Shown here piece by piece: positions 51,379-64,000 of a stretch of DNA of 64,000 bases. The DNA is from Marsupella aquatica. Its lineage: Eukaryota; Plantae; Marchantiophyta. The position numbers and the translations under genes were made by a program. The stretch is taken from the NCBI GenBank assembly GCA_973895155.1, contig OZ316896.1:11856830-11920829 (forward strand), written 5' to 3'. Numbering within the stretch: position 1 is the stretch's first letter; every line of letters starts with the position of its first letter. The notes beneath the pieces are model-generated. The model searched no databases, was not told the origin of the DNA, and saw only the letters and a list, made by a program, of their open reading frames with translations.

Positions 51379-53517
51379 TTGTATGTCAAATTTGGCTAAC
51401 GTGGTTCTTTGGACTGTTGCTCTGTCAGGGATTTGCTTTGCTGCCATAATGGATATTGAAAACTGAAATTTGAGTACAAGATTGATTTTCAAATCGGGAC
51501 GGAGCAGAATGCAAAAAAATATTGTCAAGAAAGACCTTAGAATTCGCTCACAAAACCGCTAAAATTGGGCCGACTGACCAAGTTAAAGAGAGAAGGGGGA
51601 ATAGAAAAGCATTATCTTTGTGAGAAACGTTTCCTACCAAAATTATACAAGGAGAGTTTGCCCCCACGCCAGTGAAGTCAATCCATGACACGATTAGAAT
51701 GAGTGATAGTAATTGAGGTTACAATTATTTCAGCATCAAGAGCCCGGGAAAGAGGTACCTCTGACACATCGAACTACGGACGATCTCAACAACACAGATA
51801 ACTTCGTTAGCAATCCGAGTGCAGGACTTCAAAATACAATGCAACAAAAATCACTAGTATGATTGCTAGTCATCTTTGCTGGTCACCCTTCTCACCTATC
51901 CACAGTGCATCCTCCCTACAGTCATTCTCACAAATATGCAAGTTCGACTTGTTAGCTTGCAGCAGATATAAATTCAATTCCCTCTATTGCTCTTACGTAT
52001 AGAATTCTTCTCCCCTCCGATCCCAGACTAGAAAAACCCAACAATCTTAATTTGAAACCTGCAAGCACCAACTACGGGACAATTCTAGCAGCCTGCCAAG
52101 TAGTCCAATAGGATTTGACAAGTAAATAGAGCACTGATTTGAGGTTTTCAAAAATGACCAGACACAACGTACGAAGTCGCAAGCCTGCCAAGTCTTAAAA
52201 TGAAGTTTACACATAAGAAGACTACTGAAAAGTTACGATGAACTGATCTGAAACCTCACTATGCTTGAAATTCTGTTCTGTTCTTTGTGATAGCACAAAT
52301 AAGATTGCCAAGGCTCGTAAAACGGCAAGTCCCTGGAATTGGACAGATATCAACAAGAGAGCAAAAAGTTGACTGTGCGGGGTAGGGGTGGGAATCTAAT
52401 CGATTTTGTTTTCATTTTAGCAATTTAAATACCATGTACTAACCCGATGGTTCACCCTTGCTAATTTTCTTCACCTCCTAGATAGTGTATTGTGACATTA
52501 TACACTGTAATGCCCACGTTGAACATTCTTTAAGCAGGGTTTAAGATCTTGAGATGCCATACTTAAATTGCTAAACAGAAATGACCTGGACCTACGTACT
52601 GCATTGCCTGATATTTGTGTACCTTGCACTGCATACATATAGTTTTGGGTAAATATGGCAGTAAGGAAATTAATAGGCAAGAGCTGGACCCGTGTCCTGG
52701 TTTTCCAGGTATTTGTGTACCTTGCAGTATATACCTGTATCTCTGAGGAGATATTTATGAAGCTTGCAATGCATACATATACTTCTGGAGAAATATGGCG
52801 ATATGGAAATTATAGAGAAGAGATGGAAACAGTGTCAAAGGTTTACACCTTCTCGCCTCCCGTTTCTTCTGAAGAAATAGACAACGAATCTTCATCCTTT
52901 CCGATTTCACCCATTACCACGTCTTCTCGCCTTCTCCCCGAACTACGCCTACCAACTCCAATCGATCATGGCGAAAAAATGTGAAAGAACACCATACATC
53001 TGTTCGGGTCAAACAGTCACCGACATTTGCAGATCCATGGAACATATAGCACTAATGAAGTGCAAGTGAGCATTTCAGGATTGGACATACACTCAGAGAT
53101 AGGAGGCAAAAGAAGTCAGCCTTCTCCGAAATAGTGGAAATCACTATAAGTTTAATAGTGGAAATCACTATAAATTTCTGGCGTTTTAGTCACCAGATGG
53201 TCACTCCGTAAAAATCCTAGTTTTGATCATTCCTTCTGTCTACAAAATCTGTGTAACTTGCAATTGAATATTTTACACATCTAAGAGCTGATGCCTTACA
53301 CCTTTCCTACAATAACAAAGGGAAATAATCCATCTGAGAATTACCCTAGTGTCAGGAGTTGGTTAGAGCATCTAGATCAATCGTCGAGGAGTTTCCAGCT
53401 GCTAAGAATATTCCAACAGAAATGAATTTCAAACCAAGGGAGTTTTAGGTCCTTCAGAACCATAATAATAATAAGCACAACCTACCGGAGACTCGAAAAA
53501 TTCCCATCGGATATGTC

Positions 53518-55254
53518 TCATGAAGGTTCAGATTTATTCACTTGAATGTTCTGTTCTTGCAGATAATGTTCTGCCTCCAATGCAGCCATGCACCCTGCTC
53601 ACACACAGCAACCGGTCATTCAAAAGTTATATGTCAGATTCAATGGTTCAAATGAGAAGAACTGCGGGAATGTTAACAACAATCTACGCTCGTTTTGTTC
53701 CAATTTGATCATTACGCAAGATGAATATATACGGTCGTTATTTCTTAACTAATCAGAGCTTGAGGAGAGAATTCTTGGTCAAATCACGCATGAAAATTGA
53801 TCCTCTTCAGCCATCAGAGATCCATAGAATCCTAAACCTAGTACAACTTGTGAAATTGTAGTCCTGCCCTACCATGTGCCTAATTCAGTAGATGACGATT
53901 TGGGATTTCAATGACGATCCTCAGAGATTAAGAGAGAACACCCCACTCATGCACTAAAAAGACAGAGAAGCAGCCTACCAGTGCCAGCAGCTGTCACAGC
54001 TTGCCGATATTTTTTGTCCTGTACATCGCCAGCAGCAAAGACTCCTGTAATGTTGGTCTGAGTGGTTCCAGGCCTTGTAAGAATGTAGCCATCGGCGTCC
54101 GTGTTGATCTGCCCGCCCAGAAACTTTGACGCAGGCTCGTGGCCGATGGCAAAGAATAATCCCGCAACCGGGATTTCAGTGATCACTCCAGTCTTCACGT
54201 TTTGCACCTTCAATCCCCCAAGTAAGCCCCGCTGGCCGCCAATGGCTTCTACAACTACACTATCCCACAAGATTTCTACCTTCGGATTCGAAAGCACCCT
54301 CGCTTGCATTATCTTGCTGGCCCTAAATTCATTTCTCCGGTGAATGACATACACTTTGGATCCATACTTGGTCAAAAACGTGCCTTCTTCCATTGCCGTA
54401 TCACCCCCGCCTATGACTGCTAGAGGCTTGTTCCTAAATATGGGAGCTGCGCCATCGCACACCGCGCAGGCTGAGATACCCTTATTCCAGTAACCGTTTA
54501 TTTCTCCAGACCCTTTGAAGTCCAGCTTTTTCGCCACCGCTCCGGTTGCAATTATCACCGTGTCTGCCTCCACCTCCTTGCTATCCGTCCACAGCTTGAA
54601 GGGCCGGACAGAAAAATCTACCCGCGTCACAGTCTCCGTGAAAACCTTCGTTCCGAATCGGAGGCTCTGCTCTCGAAACCTGTCCGTCAACTCCGCTCCC
54701 AAAATCCCTTCTGGAAATCCAGGAAAATTCTCCACATCCGTCGTGGTCGTGAGTTGCCCTCCCGCCGCAATCCCGTTGGCCAGCCATCCCTCGAACACAA
54801 CGGGCTGCAGTTCGGCTCGGGCGGCGTAAATGGCTGCCGTGTGCGCAGCTGGCCCGGATCCTACAATGCACAGCGTGGTTCGGAGCTTTTCCAGTTCCGC
54901 CATTGCCTCGTCCGAGAGCCTTCGACGAGACAAATCCTGGTTTACTCCCAGACGCACCAGCAGTGGATCAAGAGCACGGGACGACAGATGGTGGCGCACT
55001 AGATTTAATCGACTAGTCACTCTTTCAGGTCGAGCCCGAACTGCCTGACAGCAGAGTGGTGAGTCTTCAGGAGAAAGGGGAGGAGGAGAAGGCGACTTGA
55101 GCACTTCTCCCGATGGTTGTGGAGCGTTTCTTGTAGTTCTTACAAAGCGGGAGACCTTCTGCTGCACAACGCCGAGGGCAACGCCACCACGAGGAGAATG
55201 GATCCGACGAAATATGCTCAAAGCATCGATTGCAAATGCTCGAATCGGTGGCAT
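53518..55254 (-). CDS. NTR: NADPH-dependent thioredoxin reductase (NTRA/NTRB type); 450 aa from the first ATG or 333 aa from ATG 54903
   Basis: Exon 1 is 55254-53979 and exon 2 is 53594-53518 ([14 protein letters not shown]..), separated by a GT-AG intron. FAD motif [30 protein letters not shown], redox site [13 protein letters not shown] motif [14 protein letters not shown], and [10 protein letters not shown]. Confidence 0.96.
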
Positions 55255-55559
55255 TCGTGCGGATTTAAGTGTTCACACTTCGCAGGAACGAGTTTTGGAG
55301 GGAGACAGAGTGAAAGATGGACCTCACAAACGAGAATCAATGACGTCCTTCTATCACCCTCTCTCCAAATCAAATCAAATCAATTCCTGTACCTACTGTG
55401 ATGGTCAAGTAGAATAGTGGAATCGTCTGGTGAAGGAACCTTTATGGTGTGTATGAATCTATGAACGTACTCCTGCAACTTCCTGCGAAGAATTGTCCGC
55501 GTTTTCTTTGTTGTGTTGGGCTAAAAAGAAACCCAAATAGTCTCTCGAGTAATCCAGCT

Positions 55560-55950
55560 TTGCTTCGTAGTGTGCTTCGTAGTGGACTTTTACAGTACAT
55601 GTTGTGGGGACTCCTTGGTTTGTGGGGCCTCTTTGGACTTCTAGGGGTCTTTCTCTGTTCCTTCCCTTTGTTGGGTCTTTTTGACTGTGGGATCATAATC
55701 TCCAGGTTTGGCTGGGTCTTTTTGCATGTGGGATCATGTCTTCAGGTTTGGCTTGTCCCCAGGTTTGGCTTGTCCCCAGGTTTGGCTGGGTCTTTTTGCA
55801 TGTGGGATCATGTCTTTAGGTTTGGCTTTCTTGTCTTTTTGGCAGTGTGATACTCCCTTTATTGGGTCTTTTAATTTGTCTGTGGGATCATGTCTCTGGG
55901 TTTGGCGGTGTGCAAGATATATTGATTTGCTACTGGAACTTGTATATACT
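55560..55950 (+). mobile_element. Short T/G-rich dispersed element with internal repeats, related to the 3' region of the CRE-like relic
   Basis: GGACTCCTTGGTTTGTGGGGCCTCTTTGGACTTCTAGGGGTC resembles GGACTCTTGGGTTTGTGCCTCTTTGGTCTCCTTGGGGTC at ~48700. Internal TGTGGGATCATGTC..GGTTTGGC occurs 4 times. Confidence 0.5.
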
Positions 55951-57471
55951 CTTTTTTACACACCTCATCAAACACTGTAATATCATATAGTTTTTGACAA
56001 CATCATTGTCACTAAAGTTGCAGAATATAGTACTACCACTATTTTTTCCTGTTTGGATACTGCTACTATTGATTATCCTGGTAAACTAGTTTTTCCAAGT
56101 AACCTAGTTTGTTGTATTGTATACACATTCTAAAATGGTGGCAATATTATAAATACTAAAAGTACAATGGAAGTATTGAAAATCCAGGCAACTTTAGTGG
56201 CAAAGTACTTAAAAGCTGTAATATTGTATCCTTCCCATTCACCGCCACTTCTGTTTAGGAACTGTCATCTGGACAGGAAGAAATCATTGATGGCTGTTTG
56301 TTGAGATGTTTTCCTGTCACCATTCAATCTGCCAGAGACACTTCCTGTGTACCCTGTCCCTCACCTTCCGAACCTTGGTTGTGCCCTCTGCCTATCACTT
56401 TGTCATCCTGCCTCGCCCTAGCTGATCGTAATATGGACACTCAGGCATTGCACTCATGAAATATGATATTGAAGTCATGAGCTTGGATGGGATAGATAGG
56501 TGGTTAATACCTATGGTGAAGACAGCAGGGACTCTCAATAGAGAATTTTAGCAACTTGTAAAATGACTTTGTGAATTGAGTTGGTATTAATGATAACTTA
56601 CCTGGCCAACTCATTTGGGGAGTAAGCAACTTGCTTTTTGTAGTTTTACATCAAATGCGCACACCAACTGCAATGAACTCTATGTAATAATTTTTTGAAA
56701 TTTAAGGCACGAACCTTGAACTAGTTTGAGGCCCCAAAGTTGTTCAGGTGAAGACTCCAACTCCTACCAATTGGTGCCGTAGAATGCCATTGTCTTTTCA
56801 GTACAAACACATTCCCTGAACTCATTTTACAAGTTGGTTTAAAATCCTAATAGCAATGGTGGCACTAATGGCAAACATGGATAGCCAACTACTGGTGGCC
56901 AACACTGTGTGTTTTACAACCCAACATTTGCAATGTTAATGAAGTGCGGTACCCCCATGGCCAACACAGGTCAATCTGGAAGCAAACTATTCTTGGCCCC
57001 ACTTTCTAGATTCCAATGCTAGAGTGATTTGTTCTCAGCATCCTGCAACAATTGACATGGAAGCCCAAGCATGAAAGAACACATTTTTCCAACTTGCCAA
57101 TGCTCGAGGCTTTCCATTGGCAAGCTGTGACTTTGAATGTGTAGTTATGCAAACAGAATTGCTAGATTAAATATCAACAAAGATGAGCTTTGGGTTATAA
57201 CAGCTGTCCCGCTTAAAAGTGGCTTACTGTCAGTAGATCCTTCAGGCCAACAGGAAACTATCCCATGCAATATGCAAGAGCCATAAGCTAGAATGGGCCC
57301 AATTCCAAAACTTTTGCTCACAGAGGGTTCCTAAGCTCTATGAAGTGGATTACGGATAGCGTAAAGTTTGATTTCATCCTAGTTTTAACGCTTGATGGAT
57401 TCTTTTTACATGTACAGAGTAGATAGCACATTCAGTGGGAGGAAAGATAACAGGGAACATAATTTTCACCA

Positions 57472-60400
57472 TCAAAGTTTGGAAGGTCCCGGTGTTGGCA
57501 GTCTTAGATGTCGACGAAGTATTTTTCCAGAAGGCAGCCGTGGAATGCTACCCACAAAGACAACTTTGCGGACCTTTTTATATGGGGCCACCTTCAATTG
57601 GCACAAAGGTAAAAAACGACCAGATCATGTCAGTTTGAAGTGCTCACGTTATGTTTCTAGAACGACATCTGACTCAGAGAATTTGTTTGCAGACAGCTGC
57701 CAATGTCGTTGCAAAACTTTTAGATGACGGCTAAATTACTCGTGCCTCTACATTTCTTGAGGGAGGCACTTTGTGGCCTCGAGTGGTTAAGAAATTGGGA
57801 AGAAATTGAGGGTCAGATCCAGTGACACTTACTTGCTCGGCAACGAATTGCATCACCTCAGCTTCACTGGGGAAGCTGCTTTGATGTCGCACTACAAAAG
57901 CCACCGGTATCTGCCCATGTATCTCATCTGGAAATCTGAGAGAGTAGGAGATTCATCATTACGGTGCACCACCATGCTTTATGTCCTCAACATTAATCGC
58001 CCCACTTTAGAGCGTCCAACTCTTCTCCAAGCAAGTATGCCAAGGTAGACAATTGAGTTTAATTGGTGATTAAGGGACCTCCACATAACATACTGGCACC
58101 CAAAGTCGTATCGTGCATTCAAAGTTCAGCAAATTTTCTCGGGACAATTTATAATTCATGCGAAGTCGAATTTCAAAAGGCTGACATCGTGAGTGCATAT
58201 GGTTTACTTCGAGGCTTTTTCACTTCGAGAAGAATGATCACCTTGACTGGGAAAGTGTCGTAGGATCAACACCAGACATCACTTACCCGGCCACAGCTAC
58301 ATCTGCAATCTGTGGATTCGTGGTGAGGACTGCTTCTAGCTCAGCTGGAGCAACCTAAATACCAGCGTTCGGATTCACCACCAAATTCGTCAGAATCGTA
58401 ACGAAGCTGACAATATTCAACAATCGAATACAACATTGAATCATGCAAACATTAACAATCCATATCTTATACAGTAGGTATTGGGGTCATATTTGTTTGC
58501 GTGATACAGGGAACCCGGTAAAGCATATCGATCTGCCTCATCAACTTGAAATAGGGAGGTTTCAGAGCACTGAAGACATGTCATTCTACGCAGCACTCAA
58601 GCAGTGAGGCAGGCCTCAGTGTCTCCAGACAGGTCATATTACTACTTAGCACTAAAGCAGTGTGGCATCAGAAACTTCTCCTTGGAACTAGATTCTAATG
58701 GAATGGGGTGAGGATAATTACCTGGTAGCCATTGTACTTGATGAGCTCTTTGAGCCTGTCGACAATGAATAAGTTTCCATCCTCGTCAAAGTACCCGGCA
58801 TCTCCTGTGTGCAACCAACCCTGCTCATCCAAAGTTTCTGCTGTCGCCTTCTCGTTATTCAAATACCCTGAATACAGGCATAACATGATCAGAGCCCAAA
58901 ACTTTATGAGAGGAATATTTCAAGGCAGAAATTTAGAGAAGTAGCACAGAATTCAAATTTGTACATGAAGCTAGCTATCAGTGGCCATGAGAACACCTTG
59001 CATTATTGAAGGTCCACCCAACCAAATTTCCCCCCTCTTATTCGGGGGCAGAGGTTTTCGAGACTCCACATCTACTATCATTGCTTCCATGTTTGATGCC
59101 AGTATACCAGCAGACCCAATGCGAGGGCATGAGTCGGCCGGAGTTGAACCTGTGCCAATACCTATCGACTCAGTCAGAGCGTAACCCTGATGAGCAACGA
59201 GGCACAAGGATGTCAGCCAAACATATCATCATCGTTTTAGCCTCAGGTAGTGTCATGAAACAACCCGATTTCCGAACAGAGATAAATAAGAAACGGACGA
59301 ACCGACGGCAAAATAGATATGTCCATCTTGCAAACCTCTAAGTTTACAATTCCCTATAAAAACTTTAGGTACCGTTGGAAGTAGCAACTGAGGCATCGAG
59401 CGCAAATTTGAACCCAGGGGAAATCTGACCAGACAAAACGCCTGTTTTACTTGTTTCAAACCAATCGTCCTCCCAGATTGTGATCGTGCCAGGTGCGCAA
59501 CGAGAACTATGGAAGCACTCAAGGTTCGCTGAGATCTTGAAACTCATTTGTAAACATTGCAATGTTGACTGGAAGAAATTGGGTTTGATTGCACACCTGC
59601 CGCAGGAATGCATTTTTGTAACGCTTAGAGAAAGTTATCAAAGTATCCATCGGGACTGGAGCCGCTCCGACTCCAACGTGTATCAAAGAACTGAGATCAT
59701 ACTTCTCGACCACAGGGCTTCTGGCCAGGGCGTTGAAAATAGGTGGCACAGTTTGGGCATGCGAGACTTTGTAGCGTTCTATTGCTGCCAGAAATTTGGG
59801 GAGCTCGAATTTAGGCAAGATGACCAGCTTGGAGCCCATTTTCAATTGAGCACCAACCGCCAAAACCATACCTGCATCAGTAGCCAGATGCCTGAAAATG
59901 ATATATGGTAATGAAACTGGGCTAAAATAATAACACATATGAAGCTTTCAAGCAAAACACATAACCTGACCGTTGGGTTGGAAGCGAAATTTACTTTTTT
60001 GAGTAAATAAAATCGAAGAAATGGAAGCTCGCACTCCATACAAGTTCAACATATGTGGGCTTGGTGAATATTTATGAAGTCAATTTGGGATGGCAGGAGG
60101 AATAATGTGATAACCGCATCGAATTAATTGTCCAGAGCTCTATGACATAGATGGGAATGTCAAATGCCTTCAATTGAAACCTTCAATTACTTCGGATGCT
60201 TGAAGAACACACGGAACTTGGACTTGGACAGGACATAAATGATGTGAAGGCGACAGGCATTTATAATACCATGTGCTTGCAATCCAGGTAAGAGTGGACC
60301 GAGTCATTACCATACAGATGAAAAATCGGAATTGTAACAATGTAAGTCCTCTGCACATCTTCCCTGAAAGTGGGATCATTACATAGACACACTGCAGCAA

Positions 60401-61879
60401 TGACATTTGCATGACTGATTACCACTCCTTTGCTGGTTCCAGTGGTCCCCGAAGAATACAGCAGCAGAGCCGTGTCGGTCTGCCTAATGCGTATCTTGGG
60501 AGCTAATCTTGGATCGGCCTGGAGGAGACGCGTCAAGTAAGCCACGGGAAGCTCAAGCTTTGGGCTACATTCTTGATTAATGCCGCTATCCATAAGAATC
60601 AAAGGTATCTTCAAAATAGCAGCTGATGCAGTCAACCCCGGAACAGCGGCCAGGTATTTTGTTTTCGAGTCTTCAGCCTGCGTGGTGATCAATTCACACG
60701 ATCCGATTGAAGCTCAATTTCTTTTTACATCAACTGACATCCTATGATCACCGTATCTGGCACAAAGAACTTTTCTACAGGACTAGCTTTGTCTCGTACA
60801 CAGCCAATGGAAATCGACCTTGACATTTCAATCACCCGACAAGTAGTAATAAGCTAAATGATTATATAAGAGGTCATCCCTTTCTGTCCGACAGCCAGAT
60901 GTCCCAAGGTATTAGACAACCCAGGACGCTGCAGAAGACCTTCTCGATCTCGGGGGCCTGCTCAAGAGATGAAGATTGACATACATGGCATACAGCTGGC
61001 CAAGTGACCGGCCCCTAGGACTGTAGCCACTTACTTTATTGCATCGTGTGCATGGATCATGGTGGACCATTTCCTCCAGGCCGAGTTTGACTAAGTTGCA
61101 ATAACCTACTGACAGCTTACGGAAAGGCTATCCTAATAAAAAAAATGTTTTTAACTTCAACAAAGTTTTCAAATGCCGGCCACTGTCAAGTGCTAGAAGC
61201 TTCAATTGCGAGTATAGCAGGTAGCGGATACACTACCAACCTAAGAGTTCTTAAAGACGCTAGAGTCATTAAAGACGCTGAAAAGATTGAAGAGGTAGAG
61301 CTCATCAGTCAAACTCAACTGCGAGACCAAGTTTTGTGCAGGAGCTAGAGAACGGAGATCTATACTCCGCTATTTTCTTTCAACTAATCCAATCCTTATA
61401 CGAAAGAACGACCATATAACATAGCTTTGTTCTGAACGGAAAAGGTGGGACGGGTAGGGTTCCTATCTCACCTGCCGAACAATTTCTTTGGTGGTGTTGA
61501 GTGGGTTCACGGCAGTAACCACAGCCCCTATGGAAGCGATAGCGAGCAGTAACACTGGGTATAAGATGGAGTTCGGCGACAAAATCATTACCACATCACC
61601 CTGCTTAACTCCCAGTTCTGCCAAGCCTGACGCCACTGATCTCACTTGCTGTATCACCTCTCTGTACGATAGGCTCTTGCCGGTGGTAGCATCCACCATA
61701 GCCACTCGATCCGGGTACTTGCCTGCAGACTGGAACGTGAAAGATGTAAAATCTAGATAGGGATCGTCAGGAATAGGCTCAGGGTGCCTCTTGCTATAGT
61801 AAACTCCATCTCTGTACCCACTGCCTTCTCTCAAAGTCCCGCTCGGATTGCTCTCAGATGACGGAACTTCGCCACCCAT
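57472..61879 (-). CDS. 4CLL: Peroxisomal 4-coumarate:CoA ligase-like acyl-activating enzyme (4CLL/OPCL1-like), 8 exons, 558 aa
   Basis: Exons 61879-61472, 60677-60311, 59871-59597, 59186-58997, 58867-58722, 58354-58287, 57935-57833 and 57591-57472 total 1677 nt in frame. AMP-binding [67 protein letters not shown] and SGKILRR. C-terminal PTS1 -SKL. Confidence 0.95.
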
Positions 61880-63235
61880 TGTAGACAACTCGACTTAGAA
61901 TTGCTGCAGTTTTGTCGAACCAACACCTCCAAAATTAGCCAAATTGATATGCGGCTGAAGACCTGGGATTGACTTCAGAGCGTTCCATGCATGATCTGTA
62001 TTGTGATCATCCATGACCTGTATTGTATCGTCCGAAATGAGCTCCTTTTGCTCACATGTTGTAACACAAGTACTAGAGCTTGAAACTAAGCTAGACTCAG
62101 ATCAAGCTCTTAATTTGATTGAAGTTGCCCAACAGATCACCCACCTTGGTTGCATGTAAGCAGGCATTTGCACAAAGTTGAGTACACCTAGACATTCTTC
62201 TCGACCATGTAGCCAGATATCTGCCAAGTGTATAATAACAAAGGCTGCCAAACAACTCTTCCTCTTGGATCCCAAAACACAGACCCTCCGATGCATCGAT
62301 GTACGTCACAGGACACCATCAGAGGTCACACAATTTAGACCTTCACAAGATGCAGCTAGCTTCTGACTGCGTGCATGCCTGGCTCGACCCAACGTTTAAT
62401 TTCTAAACCTGTGTTGCGCGCGAATTTCAACTCCAGCTCACTGCTGCTTACTTCAACGACCTCGAACTGCCTATCAATTGTACCTTGCCAACCGAAACTC
62501 ATCATTCAGCAGATTGGCGCAGATCAGTGGAAATCCCTTTAACTTGGTTCGCCTCCGTGTAGCCTGAAAGTCGATCACAATCGCTTGGACACGACCCCTT
62601 CTGAGCTCCGAGCGTGAATCAAGTCAACCTAACGGCATAATTTGGGCTGCACTACTGCAAATTGAGTAGAGCTGAGCGCAGGGAACTACTGTCGGCACCA
62701 CTGTTTTTACACAGAAGTTTATTGACAAAAGTCACACATTGAACTTTTCTTTCAGGAAAGGGCGTTATCTATTTTCAGCCGGAAAGGTGCCTTTTCTTGT
62801 CCCACCAAATTAGATGAGAGGTCACTGATTCTATGGCAAAGGCTATCGGACGTCACGCCAACACTATGCACCTGGTTCTCTTACCGAATGTTTGCTCGAG
62901 GAATCCAGAAATTGTCTAAAAGCTCGAAGGTCCCATTTTAACCTTTATACAAGCTACTTATTCCATAGCCGTGACGTTGATGATCCGAGCTAGCGTTTGG
63001 TATAATTCCAGAAAGAGCCATCAGATTCAGTAGAAGTTAGTCGAGAATTCCTGGGGAAGGTATCAACTGCAGTACACAGTCATCCCGGTAGCTTACGAAT
63101 TGTCAATGCAGAAATTGTCATCTACTGTACCTCAAAAGTCAGCCCTCCGTAGGCCCCCACTCCCGTCCCTAGACTAGTAGTAGGCCCCTTGCACCAAATC
63201 GGGTCACTTTGAATCTGAATTTGGCTAATGGCTTT

Positions 63236-63500
63236 GGTCATTTGGCCAGCGATTAGCCTAGAACCAGGAGGTCCCAAGTAAAATCCCCCTCCACATGCGA
63301 GGGTTGAGTGTATGCGGTGTAGTGGTGTGAGTATTGGTTTCTCCTTGGCCCTTGGCTAGTCCACTTTGGGACTCTGGTTCACCAGTCTCTCTTTCCTGGT
63401 CTGTGGTGTGATTGTGGTGTAATGATGAGAGTATTGGTTTCTCCTTTGCCCTTGACTAGTCCACTTTGGGCTCTGGTTCAACCCTCTCTCTTTCATGGTC
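63236..63500 (+). mobile_element. Possible tRNA-derived SINE-like element with internal ~100-bp duplication
   Basis: The head GGTCATTTGGCCAGCGATTAG..CCAGGAGGTCCCAAGTAAAATCCC resembles degenerate Pol III A/B boxes. It is followed by two copies of GAGTATTGGTTTCTCCTT.GCCCTTG.CTAGTCCACTTTGGG.CTCTGGTTCA. Confidence 0.4.
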
Positions 63501-64000
63501 TGGGTGCTTGTTGGATCCCTAGGTATGAACCCTTGTGGGCTACCCTACAGAGGTGCATGTCCCAGAGTTAGTTGTTTACCGTGTGTTAAATGGGTCAGCT
63601 TGGGTCAGCTTTTGGTTTCAAAGCAGAACACAAATTGACCTTTTATAGTCCCGTTCCACTTTACTTGCCCCCGCAACTGACAGTGCATAATTTAGTGCTA
63701 TGCAGGAATTACTATTACTAACACTAATTGTGGCAAGAGTGATCTTGAGACTAAAGTTACATGTAATTGTTACTAACATTAATTTTTGTGAAAGTCATTT
63801 TCCAATTTGAAGTGACACTAATTCTTGTCTATTTTTCAAACAAACAAAAAAATTCATTTTTGTTTAACCTTTAGTAAAAAATGGTCTATCTTGAGTCAAA
63901 ATTAAGGTTACTTCTTGTCAATTCTTCAAAATACTGTTCTTCTATTATGTTTCCTCTCTTGAATCCAAAGTAAGAGTAATTCAGAGGAAATAACAGAATT

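Noticed and set aside
54101-55417. Several plus-strand ORFs overlapping NTR
   Set aside because: Antisense shadows of the real coding sequence.
59873-59891. Upstream acceptor TTTTCAG for 4CLL exon 3
   Set aside because: Wrong phase relative to exon 2. The acceptor before 59871 restores the conserved FHLYGM.
14317-61879. Functional redox gene cluster (APX + NTR + 4CLL)
   Set aside because: The products go to different compartments, the genes are tens of kb apart and no shared regulatory signal is visible. Likely coincidence.

Overview
Eukaryotic nuclear DNA from a land plant. GT-AG introns, TTTAGGG repeats and the gene and TE set suggest a non-seed plant such as a bryophyte, but the species cannot be determined. 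Four intact genes were reconstructed by hand, each with a consistent reading frame: a 12-exon chloroplast thylakoid-bound ascorbate peroxidase (+, 14317-19140), an intronless At2g27310-type F-box protein (+, 28303-29460), a 2-exon NADPH-dependent thioredoxin reductase with a long N-terminal extension (-, 53518-55254) and an 8-exon peroxisomal (C-terminal SKL) 4CL-like acyl-CoA ligase (-, 57472-61879). The rest is mostly decayed mobile DNA and minisatellites. This includes a zinc-finger DDE transposase pseudogene resembling the P-element superfamily, a Harbinger transposase relic, a Copia RNase H fragment, a 333-bp MITE with a perfect 8-bp TSD, two related solo-LTR-like elements, CRE-clade-like non-LTR RT fragments and SINE-like pieces. 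The best leads are the P-like transposase, a candidate one-codon alternative last exon giving a stromal APX isoform, the CRE-like relics and a double hairpin downstream of APX. There is no prokaryotic-type system or CRISPR array. All family calls come from motif recognition, not database searches.
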